Source: a virus (lineage: Duplodnaviria > Caudoviricetes). Taken from it: 64,000 bases of DNA. The stretch spans positions 24,786 through 88,785 of the IMG/VR virus record IMGVR_UViG_3300005670_000014; one strand, written 5' to 3'. Made by a program: the position numbers and the translations under genes. Shown piece after piece: positions 54,301 through 61,885 of the stretch. The notes below the pieces were generated by a model, which saw only the letters and a program-made list of their open reading frames with translations, did not search any database and was not told the DNA's origin. Positions within the stretch are counted from its first letter, which is position 1. Every line of letters starts with the position of its first letter.

Positions 54301-56307
54301 ATCGATGAAATTAGTCAAGCTGGTTTACAGTTAGTTAAACCAGAAGATCAAAAACAAATTTCTAGTTTGTTTGATCAATTAAAGAATGCTCAAACTAAGT
54401 TAAGTCAAGCTTTCGAATCGGGTGATACCGCAGCTATTACTCAAGCCATTACTGAGATTAAAGAATTAGGTATTCAATTTAAGAATACTGCTGGACTAAG
54501 TGAAGTTGCCCGTCAAAAATTTGGTGAATTAGCTAACATTCCGTCGTTTGATGTAGCTATCAAAGTTAATACATCAAGTATACCTCCAGCTAAACAAGCC
54601 GTAGCGGAATTACAAGCAACCACTCAAAAAGATACTTCAGTGACAATGTCTACTGAAGAAGTTACTTTAGCTGTTAATAAATTAAAAGATGTTGAAAATG
54701 AAATTACCAAATTAAAAGGATTAAGTGCTGTTGAGTTTAAAGGTTACACCAATGTAGATGTTGAAAAAAGTAAACAAGAGTTAGAAGCGTTTGCTCAACG
54801 AGCCAAAGCATTATTGGAAGTTCCCATTTCCGCCCGTGATGAAGAATTTAAAACTAAACTAAGAGCGTTGTTTATCGATTATGATCAATTTAGATCTCAA
54901 TTACAACCCATTAAAATTGAAGGTGATGTGAGTGGATTCAACAACACATATCAAAAAGCTTTAAGTACGCTACAGAATCTTCGTGATCAAGCAAAACTTG
55001 TGGGAGCTACGGAACAAGCACAAAAATATAGTAAGATTTTAAATGAGTTACTTCAAGCAAGATTGGACATTCAATCCAATGACATTAATATTCGAACCCA
55101 AGGTTATGAGAAACTTAAAACTCTTATTAATGGCACTAAAGAACTTGATAAAGTTCTGACTGAAGCTGATAAAAAGTCATTGAATGTTGAAATGACTACA
55201 ATTGGTAAAGACGTTGTAGTGTCGGATTTGCAGAGTGTTCAAAATGAGTTAAATAATACTGCTAATAAAGCACAGTCTATGCAGAATGTGCTCAGTAAAA
55301 TTGGCACTAGTTTAAATACTGTTGGAACCGTACCTGGATTAGAATCTCCTGCTCAAGAATTTGAACGTCTGAATACGACACTTACTGAAACAAAAGAGCG
55401 TTTTAAAGAGGCTTTTGCTAAAGGTGATTTAAATACGGCTGCTATTGATGCGTATAAAACCCGCATTTTGAACTTGATTGATCAGATTACCAAAATTAAA
55501 GGTGTTACACCAGACCTGCAAAAGGCTCTTCGTGATGGATTAGATGTAGAATTAAAAGATTATATATTTAAAGCGACTCCAGAAATACAAGAACCAAAAA
55601 GAGCTGATCCAATCCCTGTTGAATTGGCTCCAGAACCATTAAAAGTAACACCTCCAGATCCAGTTACCGTACCTTTAACACCACAAACTGACTGGACAAC
55701 AATACCGGAGCCACCTCCGGTTACAATAACGTCTTTAGTAGATTCAGCTTTATCAGGAATTTATTCTGTTATTAAGGCTTTAAGTGAATTACCTTATTCA
55801 CGAACCATTGTAATTAATACTGAATATCGCACATCTGGATCTCCACCTACTCAAAATGCTAATAAAGGGGGTTTGATTAGTGGGTTACAGTATTTCGCAA
55901 ATGGTGGATTAGCTAAATTTAAAGAATTAGCTTCTCAATTTGTACCGGGTGCTGGAGATACAGATACGGTTCCGGCGATGCTCACTCCCGGTGAGTTTGT
56001 CATCAAAAAAGATCGAGTTAAAGATCTTGGTGTTGGCTTTTTAAATGCATTGAATGATGGTTTGATTCAATTTAAATCTGCTGGTGGAATGATTTATAAT
56101 TCGCCCATCAACACTTTAAATTCAATGTCAGCGTTTATAAAACCCAATTTTCAAATACCACAACAAGTTCAATCAGCAGGTGGACCCCCCATTGATATTA
56201 ACTTGACAATTAAGGATAAAACATTTAATATCAAAACACCACGAGATGAGGCTAAAAAATTAGTATCTGCTTTACAATATTTAGAACGTGGCATTACTAA
56301 AAAGTGA
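42319..56307 (+). CDS. very large tape measure protein, 4662 aa
   Basis: Follows the chaperones; TP901-type core near aa 1845 (VNAVSNAT...LMGATTRFTAEQAAEGLKQLAKAG); C-terminal FANGG...GAGDTDTVPAMLTPGEFVI. Confidence 0.93.
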   Translation: MAVQNEIIKLLLQFETAFTSQDTFSNFVKKTTTELNNLDSKIKDSSEEFNKLFNVLKLGNSGVVPLKELFKDLSQASDVKVIVENTKILKQSIESLQQVLDKKLNITNLETSLAKIQEKFIPSKGIGAEKSADFAGKFLKTIEEQFKSFASGSMDLNTFFDNLFPKDITAKGTTAKIKAELANLKSEVEKGITDLTNLTTEKRVEVLEFISKKILADSTKLSVAANAVKGDGKQLVDAIVNMATSLQDIGFLPPKDFFPNFTQGLKEQSAVQKDVIRNVLKDLMAQFNVAGFELEKSDIAFKLLERLGFNKSTLEAQFKELSSTAQKEFEKFNSSIRQAIESPKTLNLDTYVKEFQSFMTNAFKNNALVSFGDEFQAQFKKVSTELNGFTRTATQSLGEVNNFEQGIKSLINALDSGKGAGTPASLALKELLETYLQVEKQFRFDQVLKTQEQAISEFDKKFKELTNTLKNNQPPEYSLKLVTKASAGDEAFKEREVALATYNTLLKQTTEELDRTARSIAHLENIQKSTTATEDQKTSLNNLIDRYKTYQQSLSDEANILRKNQADWDATWLRKTQDLSLAEERVKNFFKVLNQSSDAGTITGTTGYLKGLLDIGVKSTESAQALESAFKIFSNFGGVTKESLQYLELFEKAIGSLFKSMGQGEGKVTLIDLSGLKAQADGTVVATETLRNKLIKLAGSSKEAQENFQNLAFANDFLAKTQGAADTAFGKQISALFTLAQAAKLYVNNIETLILKNELYEQNLRKVQAAELEVKESFKKVQDSPQDPSAVNALTQAYQKYTREIAAAELRLKELKNLQTELATQKNTFGFTEAGQQLPGLEAGIRSTTALIEQLKNKILDLRTSGGGSKIFEDIIRGVEQGNQQLKSSFDALEKDLSGRLLAITEKLNTNLSKGSIGKGLFKQIQGEISNLSIALKTVNVDGALQAIQALVAKIQTALDPKNVPVNKELAQTYLAPIKELLNGLEIAQGAIARIIPKLGEGQKGKAEELLKNVQTQIIATNTALNDFGKNANTAQLTTRFEEAKLKARELNAEISRLGKGSFDQTKYNDFELRLQGINNQYKAISKENESFGAGLRISELNNLIDTASRSLKDFGKTTNFDTLNNQLIALRDKFPTLNADIADFDKLFREAFAGTKTAINIKPLIDLKNEVQDVKNNLKNPAQDTLYTTLLRQLDALINKTTIYNATVKAGASKADVGVQAFIDPAAVNASKASLQALEAELNNNKIALDTFLKSGNQTKETATQIAEGFKVTDNSVKSLTAEIGLLSGVSSNLLHHINALKAEGADASAFEAFRASIEAIIKTKKDLDTQFKGGSLTGKLKEDLDRLVDVKDALSQFKTVGDSFKSAAFFESTSYSARQALEEIQRLTSAMRTVSSDIGKSLSVSRTGPINPEIEKELRAQQKLADEAIIKLREMGAVYSQLNSKPKNESFQQLKETIEQAFGGGVTGLRAFRTEFDTLIRGVSTSSASLISGVAPLTETLINSFKQQSESIIATRTQYEAWLNLLRSEKAAGQKTFTLPDGSTRSIDRLITVFQNLLDKANAVKAPIEAAATTLKGKLDTAAGQAEVRIDKLVNKFTQLQDRINTLNPGSSINEMYGSIKELMMLLDRPYKTGPFFTLPKESFAPIRNELQSVLEVAKNVQAGLEFNLTSLTKGSLAYKDTQTAIKAVREEVERLTAASQKLSEFEKNASHFSSLRGNLHGASTTLSELAHEGAFIYKGLNALFQNIAKNIAPKLDFDTSVVTAKIKELNDQFRVTGTAADILEKKIKEALNAQIGGGGLAAAREYERAFQQLEEAFVKFRSGLTQAAMGFQMLGDSLLEPFKKAKEGFEQFSDTMGVVNAVSNATQAQFKALKDQALLMGATTRFTAEQAAEGLKQLAKAGYTAEEQIASLPTVMRLAQAAATDLATAATIATVVMKEFRMDPDQFNEAADKITLAANRTLGTVEDLGYSFKYVGALAANIGADFGDLTAAIGLLHNAGLKGTLAGTALRGMLMALYNPTRDETKLIAELGERIGGLGLQIQDASGNFVGYGKIVKQLEQAGITTGEVLRFFGQRAGPGMAALLAQGSDALKNLEDDLKNAEGTTAHMAEIMEQTLKGRLLLMRSAFEALSDSIGYNLAPTLSSAANVMADFVSRFVAIRQEFPALATAVDHVLAGFALLASTLGGLAVTFAFIIVPVRQFMGFLKTLLVTTWAGSAAIGSLSAAMAFNAAVVTRTSLAFERAMVAELAKVGATAADATATQIHTAITAINTKALYEQAVAYETATAGALHHATAQTGLWAGIKNALSIVGGLLRGLLGWWGLALGAVAALVTFTLLHSKSVAQTNIELEKQNQLIEYSRKSTVNLNKELINTSAQLKRNQQALADLNSKDNPKRDLVAPENQTTAKTQLQLDIDQNKKDLQSQLKQLITQITESGFLKDKLVLDVGFDKDGNFDKFKVKVVESNEVINVLENGLTGIATTGNRVTSVINALSNAQQQYNKQLELTNILKEKFNTSETGSWESIFETLTDTFESNSEKINNLSSRLVALNVILEKIKTGKPILEKDIIDANLDFDIGFKFAKKFQSEEETRRVVQERFNSLTNEISKLSLDQQVTIDTVVKAFVDRAETILGRSQTEIATAVNRNDLLKFFVETQKGQANLLPQTAEELLRALDNYYETLKKGLSAKQIVGSNLKTPVIGLVNATKDLVTYLEATNKELKTKIDEQKKIFDEAKVVVDAVKAYQTAIATAAKDTLDVRNQEIEFEANVKIENLNQSFEDQLRKLENENRVIELPFKVQLLTDEAAQTGFKTLSNLSALLLDYERKNTTEFTKLQIANSQSQVDIKLKELDDKQTATDQYYQTLKGHYSVDSADYLKAQQDQASANKENLDNKLQAVQDHLKNLLKLYEDNANAIIDLEKQKIKFESQIQATRVKVGNAQLLPSEQFAKAKADLEDLDSALKAAIETKNWDGAIAYLTERQRMVDNIASTISLEPESPKQSEKLQFKLDVISIETEFRKAQITIEDAALGLGRKISEIPIFKRNLVLQSGLVPQLEDGNVNIRKALQTAAAIFEQESKVLQQRADANFKGVIGGFNILKTASSDVLKLFDKTATEDLRFDSMQRSVEAFGDMMEDALNVRPVTDLIKNVDDLQASIKQTSQAQDGLREIMTGKVNIPLLSNISETGETGIITLRNIKGELLALSLQASGKIKPLEGLTTDIQKAKEELTGFKALVDTQIDELTRGNEVVELPISFKTSVDAFNTTSLAKYSAEVLTYEKNLNKQLLDLQQGRIEADLAMSEEAYATKRVETDNFITVIKSAYQKQLGSQQAWSKQDLTEYKSILQDKYTDYQQFLQDELSATETAYQSLYQLRENLLNKNVSLEKQFINFVANSTKNFQAIDNVGRSDSEKAYLARQQSLNLQADAEAAIAQKDYDRAKALLEQRQQLIDAAVGSLKPEDTISKFFLKQDQTEAVDAYKQVIDGLKQQNTTAAQEIESRLNTVTDKITALRDRIKDANIILQNFVKDLLKLPSKKFQVDVDFVVEQTNKTEDFSNQIFPGGIQQRKEQQDVLNGAIQTTRNQQEALTKTYKEQGGLLHDLIATIKEKQLVKIGIDPESYEEVLAYAKFYLDSMDVISKDKLNNQVARVKLADLEKQFAELQKSKQAAEELEKILTTVAELRTKQKELGGLSGLSNTFDTAITSAKALSDILTNTKGPLDETKQAEVKKLLEELRTSSIGFKEALKDVQIPDDLKDEIKGLMASFVISDKDIIDPEKLNVFGQLAATNLAKLEKYKRDNDKEIQEIAQKTATDTAGVLLSSILAIREIIKTNILNVEVKDIDIKTVEKQVKDQVKLLNDVVNNIETGGNVEQIKEIGPLKDLLKEIDLILKSSQTTEEKINNLKTANVKLEAAAVAYKKQQEEAAKQQQANAETQVQQSKVLVANQQAQSKAAQDTVQSQESIAQAANDTADAWAKATPNEQSQVLTNIQDIIDEISQAGLQLVKPEDQKQISSLFDQLKNAQTKLSQAFESGDTAAITQAITEIKELGIQFKNTAGLSEVARQKFGELANIPSFDVAIKVNTSSIPPAKQAVAELQATTQKDTSVTMSTEEVTLAVNKLKDVENEITKLKGLSAVEFKGYTNVDVEKSKQELEAFAQRAKALLEVPISARDEEFKTKLRALFIDYDQFRSQLQPIKIEGDVSGFNNTYQKALSTLQNLRDQAKLVGATEQAQKYSKILNELLQARLDIQSNDINIRTQGYEKLKTLINGTKELDKVLTEADKKSLNVEMTTIGKDVVVSDLQSVQNELNNTANKAQSMQNVLSKIGTSLNTVGTVPGLESPAQEFERLNTTLTETKERFKEAFAKGDLNTAAIDAYKTRILNLIDQITKIKGVTPDLQKALRDGLDVELKDYIFKATPEIQEPKRADPIPVELAPEPLKVTPPDPVTVPLTPQTDWTTIPEPPPVTITSLVDSALSGIYSVIKALSELPYSRTIVINTEYRTSGSPPTQNANKGGLISGLQYFANGGLAKFKELASQFVPGAGDTDTVPAMLTPGEFVIKKDRVKDLGVGFLNALNDGLIQFKSAGGMIYNSPINTLNSMSAFIKPNFQIPQQVQSAGGPPIDINLTIKDKTFNIKTPRDEAKKLVSALQYLERGITKK

Positions 56308-56311
56308 TCTT

Positions 56312-56704
56312 ATGCAAATCGTGTCTTTAGGTTCAGTGACATTTAATGATATTGTGGAACAAGGTCTTTATATTGATGAAGAGCATAAATGGCTTCCTGT
56401 AGGTCAATCTATTCGTTACGCATTAGCTGGAAATCCAGTCATTATCGAAAATGCTAGATCTGGAAAACCTTTAACATTAATTGCACAAGAAGATCGTGGT
56501 TGGGTTACTAAAGCAACTTTATTAGAATTAAAAACATTAGCTTCTTTAGTCAACACCACACATGTATTGACTTTAGTGAATGATAGCAATGTCACTGAAA
56601 CTAGAAATGTACGATTTAAACGAGATAATTATCCGTTAGATTTAAATCCTTTAGATTCTGCACATAATTATTATGTTGGATCTATTCATTTAATTCAAGT
56701 TTAG
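56312..56704 (+). CDS. distal tail-like protein
   Basis: First gene after TMP; W.PV.Q...ALAG....SGKPLTL...RGW pattern. Confidence 0.7.
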   Translation: MQIVSLGSVTFNDIVEQGLYIDEEHKWLPVGQSIRYALAGNPVIIENARSGKPLTLIAQEDRGWVTKATLLELKTLASLVNTTHVLTLVNDSNVTETRNVRFKRDNYPLDLNPLDSAHNYYVGSIHLIQV

Positions 56705-56715
56705 AGAGAAATGTA

Positions 56716-57696
56716 ATGGCGATTACTGGCAGTGAACTGAATTATTATCAATCGAAGGTCGTCAACGACACAGCTTCGAATGGTGGGCGAATTTCCACTA
56801 CCTTAGTGGTCTCGGGAACTTCGAATACCTGGTGGCCCAACATTACCGAAGCGCAACTCACTTCGGGGGTCACTCAATGGCGAAAAGGCTTTGTACGAGT
56901 CGATAATGCCGCCAATGAAGTCGCCTCCAACCTTCGTGTGGGTTTGTGGCGTCCGACTCCTGGCAGTGATGAACTGTATTTGGCCGAAGGATCGCAAACC
57001 AATATTCAATCGGCGTTTGGTACTCCCGACCTGTACGGTTGTGGATCGTTGGATACTTCGGTACTCACCGGCGCAAATTCATTCGATGTGTTGGTAGAAG
57101 ATGGTGCGGTCATTCTGTTTCGGGATAACGAGTTGATTCGCATTTCGAGTGAGACTGCACTCGGTACGGGAACGGCTGAGATTCATACGATCAATGGCAC
57201 TCCCAGTATTTCGGGGGATGTGGTCACGATCACCATTGATGGCACGTTGGCGAACGATTATTCGGATACCAACACCTACGTCAGTTCGTTGATTGAAGCC
57301 ACGAACGTCACTGGAACCACGACCGGCAAGGTGGTGACGAGTACCGCCGGAACGTTTGCCGAAGCCTCCATGGTGGTGGGCAATCTCGGATCGATCTATC
57401 AAGTGTTGACCTTCACTTTCACCAGTGCGACAGCCTTCACGGTGACGAGTGATGAAGGCATTACCTTGGCTGGCGGGACGATCAGCAGTACCTATGCCCC
57501 AACGAATATGAGTGTGGGCGCGAGTTACTTCTCGGTGCCTCCTGCGTGTTGGGGTGGAACGTTTGCCGCAGCCGATACCGTCATCATTACCACGATCCCT
57601 CCTTGTGTACCCATTCTGGAGAAGCGAGTGGTGCCTGCTGGATCGGCTGCGATCAGTACCCAAGCCCGTGGTTTGATGTTCTTCGTCGAGTCATAA
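56716..57696 (+). CDS. tail-tip structural protein
   Basis: SKVVNDTASNGGRIS...WWPNI...G..QWRKGF; T/S/G-rich beta composition. Confidence 0.75.
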   Translation: MAITGSELNYYQSKVVNDTASNGGRISTTLVVSGTSNTWWPNITEAQLTSGVTQWRKGFVRVDNAANEVASNLRVGLWRPTPGSDELYLAEGSQTNIQSAFGTPDLYGCGSLDTSVLTGANSFDVLVEDGAVILFRDNELIRISSETALGTGTAEIHTINGTPSISGDVVTITIDGTLANDYSDTNTYVSSLIEATNVTGTTTGKVVTSTAGTFAEASMVVGNLGSIYQVLTFTFTSATAFTVTSDEGITLAGGTISSTYAPTNMSVGASYFSVPPACWGGTFAAADTVIITTIPPCVPILEKRVVPAGSAAISTQARGLMFFVES

Positions 57697-57697
57697 G

Positions 57698-58804
57698 ATG
57701 GCTGAAAAGCTTGTTGCTACACTGAATATTCCCTTCTCCGGCGATGGCGACGGAGTGGGGGATGATGCGGGCAAGAATAAGATTGTTTTGCAGCAGATGA
57801 CAACGCGCCTGGACTCGAAAGGTCAGTTGAGGGCGCGGTGCTTCCCCTCCAGTGGAGTGAAGTTCACCGCCAGTGTCGGGACGGTGACGCCTGGGGAAGT
57901 GCGCAGTCAATCGTTCAGTGAAGGACTGAAGTTCTCAAACAGTGCGAAGGCCAACTTGAAGTATCCAGGCGCTTCTGGAGTCACGATAGATACTGCCGCT
58001 TCGGTCTTGATGAAGAAAACCAAGGATATTTACGGACACACCACGATTGTTCCCGCCAGCGTCTCGTTAACCTATGATGCGGATCAAGGTGCTGTGATCG
58101 CGATGAGTGGAGGAGTCGAAACACCGATTTATGGCGCGTGCTTTGTTCGTTATTCAGCCTTGTATCAAATGCTGTATTACAAGCCGTATTCATTGACCAT
58201 TCCCGTGGGTGGCGGTAGCAATGCAATCTCGTATCATGTGGGAACGATCTTCGGTTATAACGATTATACGGTTGAAACGCTCGACCTGGAGTTGGATATT
58301 AGTTCGTCTCCCGATTGGGTAGAGTATGCACGAGTCACTTCCAAGATCGTATTGGATGCGAAGGGCGTATGGGAGTTTCCGCCGAATTGGGAAAGCACCT
58401 ATCAAGGTAATAAAGATAAAGTCGGTGATCGACGAGAGGATTATTCAGAACCTGGTAAATTTTCTGGATTTTCTTCAGAGATTGATCAAGATAATTCATT
58501 TGTCGATACGCGAATTCATTGTGTGGTGGAAGTGAATACCATCGGCACCTTGCGATTCAATGATCATAACAATGGCGGTTCCGGTTATTGGGCATGGTAT
58601 GCACCGTATTTTGGCTCTTCCTCCTGGAATCCAAAATATGAAGTAAAATTTTCTGATCCTCCGGGAGGCAAGAAAGCGAACAGTACCCAAGATTTTCAAT
58701 ACGATCTCAACCACTCGACGTGGCGGGATGTGTTTCTCAGTATCAATAAAACCGAAGTGATTGAAGACTTGCAAAACGATTATCCTGGAGTGGTTGAAGC
58801 ATGA
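57698..58804 (+). CDS. tail-tip structural protein
   Basis: ORF track; coupled within the tail operon. Confidence 0.75.
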   Translation: MAEKLVATLNIPFSGDGDGVGDDAGKNKIVLQQMTTRLDSKGQLRARCFPSSGVKFTASVGTVTPGEVRSQSFSEGLKFSNSAKANLKYPGASGVTIDTAASVLMKKTKDIYGHTTIVPASVSLTYDADQGAVIAMSGGVETPIYGACFVRYSALYQMLYYKPYSLTIPVGGGSNAISYHVGTIFGYNDYTVETLDLELDISSSPDWVEYARVTSKIVLDAKGVWEFPPNWESTYQGNKDKVGDRREDYSEPGKFSGFSSEIDQDNSFVDTRIHCVVEVNTIGTLRFNDHNNGGSGYWAWYAPYFGSSSWNPKYEVKFSDPPGGKKANSTQDFQYDLNHSTWRDVFLSINKTEVIEDLQNDYPGVVEA

Positions 58805-60996
58805 GCGGGCATGGCAATCGAGACATTACGGGGCTGCGATTCAGCTTTGGTTCGTTGGTGGCGTTCACCTGGAGACCGGAAGGCTTTTGGGTGTTTCAAA
58901 ATGATGGAGCTGATCCTTTTGTTTATCGTTCAGATTGTTTAATCAATCGGTTTGAAAATAATAATTATCCTGATCGTGAAGGGATGGCTGACGAATTGAG
59001 AGCGGATTCACGATTTGAAGAAAAGGATCGTATTTCGACTTCCGATCATCTCATCAAGACTTGGCCCCCTGCTGAACGTCCAGTGGCTCCGGCGTTTGGT
59101 GTTGCAGCAACCGAGAAGAATCAAGATCCGAAAGAAAAAGAAGGTAAGTTTTCCGGTAAAAAGATTACGGGAACTTTAAAACATAAGCTTCCGAAGAATT
59201 TAGCTTCATACGAACTCGCTTATCCAGAAGAAGTAAAAACCGATTGGTTTCTTCATGAACCAAAACATGTCGTCTATTTACCCGAAGAAGGCGAAAAAGT
59301 TGAGAACCGTTTAGATCGAATGGTGCAGCATTACATTCTCGTCTACTCGAATGAGTTGCGCCCTAGCGCACCGTTCTTAACACCATTACGCGGCGAGTAT
59401 TCACCGGCTCAATGGATTGCAGAGTTTTGTAAAAAAGCAGAAGTATTGGCGCATGACAGCGCCGAGTATCCAGAAGATTATGTTAGTGGTCAAGATCGAA
59501 TAGAAAAAACCCGACAATTTCCTTTGGATGATAATGGCTTTAAATGGTGGTATGGTGAAAACTTGCTTTACCATCCGTCGATTGAGATTAATTCAGCATC
59601 TTCACAAGAAGAACAAGCAAAAGTTATTGCGCGGGCCGTGGTTGACGAATGGATTGCTTCGCCTCCTCATTACGCTAATTTAATTAAAAATCGATCCAGT
59701 TGGCATAAAAATTGGGCGCTTCTGGATATTGGAAGAGCAGGACATTACTATTCTCAAGTCTTCATGGGTGCGCCTCACTGGTTGCAGGCCGGAAATTGCA
59801 CTTGGCAAGGCAATGAGTCATGGAAAGTTTTAAGTTGGAACTCGATAGAAAACCATCGTTATATGCCAACGATTAATGGTTATTTATACTTCAAAGGGCG
59901 TTCTATTTATTTTGGAAATGTTTTAGGGGCCTGTTTGCATGAATCCAACGGCAAAACTTATTTGTTGGTTTTTGTTAAGCTAGATAATGGGTTTCAAGCA
60001 ATGGAAGCTGAATTTCATCCATCAAAAAATTATGAGTCTTATACAGCAGACAGTGATTTTACAGTTATTGCAACCCATCAATTTTCAGAAGATTATTCAA
60101 TCAAAGGCACCTATCTTCAATCCTTTTTTGCCAGTCGTGATGGAAAAAAAGCCATCACTCTTCTGTATCTTTACAAACCTTCTGAGCCTTATTGGGGTAC
60201 ACGTAGGCAAATCGTTCGCTATGAAGACGGTGCTTTTTCTCTTGAGGAAGTAGAAGGACAAGGAGGAAATATTGTTATTCATGGAGCGCAACACGTTGAT
60301 TATTCGGATCAGGAGTTAATTTTAACGGTTGTTCGTTATGCGTCAACGAACTCTCTTGATATGGATTATTTTCTAAATGGTGTTCTTTTGCCGGAAGCTT
60401 CGATACGTAGTAATCTCACTTCCAGTAACCCTATTCCTAGTTATTTTTATGATTGGAGAGATATTCCATTGAGTTTAATAGAAACTCCTGGAAGAGTCTT
60501 GGGTACTAATCACTATGCTTTTACTTATCCTGATCTACCGCTTTATACGGCTTCTGTTGAATCATCTACGTATGGCGAATATTCTACTGGAAAGTGGTAT
60601 ACAAAAAACAGATTCGTGGACTTAAGAAGCAAGGTTTTTGTTGTAAATTCTACATTATATGTTCAAGATGCTGCGTATCCACTTCCAATTACAGATCGAT
60701 TGAAAATTTATACTCGTCAAGCGATTGAAGGTCTTTACGAGTACCCCATTATGGCTAATGTCGGCTCTCGGCCTAAGTATTATTATGAAAATCTGTTAGG
60801 TGTCTGTTTTGCTGAATACGAAGGTTCTTGGGTTTTCTCGATGCGTTGCCATCAAGTAGATGAAATTATTATTCCCAGAAATCTTGGCGTCCAAGTGGTT
60901 AATTACACCACGATCAATCATTTTGTGAGTTCCAATCCTCAAGTCGCGGATCATTTGAACACGCTTACGAAACCTTTTCTTGTTTCAGTCATTTAA
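58801..60996 (+). CDS. 731-aa tail-region protein with CAP/SCP-like domain
   Basis: LAHDS...YGENL...VVDEWIASPPHYANLI...DIG...YYSQVF. Confidence 0.78.
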   Translation: MSGHGNRDITGLRFSFGSLVAFTWRPEGFWVFQNDGADPFVYRSDCLINRFENNNYPDREGMADELRADSRFEEKDRISTSDHLIKTWPPAERPVAPAFGVAATEKNQDPKEKEGKFSGKKITGTLKHKLPKNLASYELAYPEEVKTDWFLHEPKHVVYLPEEGEKVENRLDRMVQHYILVYSNELRPSAPFLTPLRGEYSPAQWIAEFCKKAEVLAHDSAEYPEDYVSGQDRIEKTRQFPLDDNGFKWWYGENLLYHPSIEINSASSQEEQAKVIARAVVDEWIASPPHYANLIKNRSSWHKNWALLDIGRAGHYYSQVFMGAPHWLQAGNCTWQGNESWKVLSWNSIENHRYMPTINGYLYFKGRSIYFGNVLGACLHESNGKTYLLVFVKLDNGFQAMEAEFHPSKNYESYTADSDFTVIATHQFSEDYSIKGTYLQSFFASRDGKKAITLLYLYKPSEPYWGTRRQIVRYEDGAFSLEEVEGQGGNIVIHGAQHVDYSDQELILTVVRYASTNSLDMDYFLNGVLLPEASIRSNLTSSNPIPSYFYDWRDIPLSLIETPGRVLGTNHYAFTYPDLPLYTASVESSTYGEYSTGKWYTKNRFVDLRSKVFVVNSTLYVQDAAYPLPITDRLKIYTRQAIEGLYEYPIMANVGSRPKYYYENLLGVCFAEYEGSWVFSMRCHQVDEIIIPRNLGVQVVNYTTINHFVSSNPQVADHLNTLTKPFLVSVI

Positions 60997-61009
60997 TGGA
61001 GAAATTATT

Positions 61010-61429
61010 ATGGCGACGGTCTTAACGAAATACGCGCATACCAATCGCCGCTTTAAAAAAAGCTGGAATTGGGATGCAGATACCTTCCAGTTGCGATTGC
61101 TGAATTCCAGCTACAACTTCAGTGATACGCATACAATTTGGACAGACTGCTCATCGGCAGAGATTGCTGCCACCGGGAATTATGTCACGGGCGGACAAAC
61201 GTTAACGTGTTGGAGTGATAACACCAAAGTGTCTGCTGATGATGTCATTTTTACAAATCTCACCCATATTTTTCGACAAGGGGTGATTGTACGAACGGGA
61301 ACCGTGGACGGACTTACCGATGCGCTGGTGTGTCATTACTTGTGGGACGACACTTCTGGAGGTACAGACATCAATTTATCCAGCATTGATTTTTTAGTGC
61401 GTATGTCCAACGGTGTTTTTACGCTTTAA
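61010..61429 (+). CDS. small virion structural protein
   Basis: WDADTFQLRLLNSSY...EIAATGNYVTGGQTL pattern; ATG after GGAG. Confidence 0.75.
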   Translation: MATVLTKYAHTNRRFKKSWNWDADTFQLRLLNSSYNFSDTHTIWTDCSSAEIAATGNYVTGGQTLTCWSDNTKVSADDVIFTNLTHIFRQGVIVRTGTVDGLTDALVCHYLWDDTSGGTDINLSSIDFLVRMSNGVFTL

Positions 61430-61439
61430 GGAGAACGGT

Positions 61440-61883
61440 ATGGCCGGTTTAGACTGTTTTGTGAATTCGGGAACACAAGCTCTTGCAGCCGATACGCAAG
61501 AAACCGTGTTGCAAATTAAAGCCGCCTCGAATCATCGAGTCAAGATCAAAGGTTACTCGATTACCATGGGGGGGATTATTGTCAAAGATTTGATTGTGAA
61601 AGTTTTAACCCAAACCGATGCGGGGACTTCAGGAACGACGTTGACTCCGGTCAAGTGGACGATTGGCGCAGCAGAGACCATCCAAACCACGGCATTCACT
61701 AATTTTAGTGTGGAACCGGCTTCTGGAACAACCTTTCAGTACAAGCGCCTGCAATCGTCGTATGAAAAGATCTTTCCGCTGGGTCAAGAGTTGATTTTAG
61801 CGGGAGGCGGTTATTTGGGAATTGCGGTGACTTCGGTCGGTGATTCCTCGGATTTGGCGGCGGAAATTATTTTCGAGGAATAA
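61440..61883 (+). CDS. virion structural protein
   Basis: ORF track trimmed to the ATG after AAGGAG; beta-rich. Confidence 0.7.
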   Translation: MAGLDCFVNSGTQALAADTQETVLQIKAASNHRVKIKGYSITMGGIIVKDLIVKVLTQTDAGTSGTTLTPVKWTIGAAETIQTTAFTNFSVEPASGTTFQYKRLQSSYEKIFPLGQELILAGGGYLGIAVTSVGDSSDLAAEIIFEE

Positions 61884-61885
61884 TC

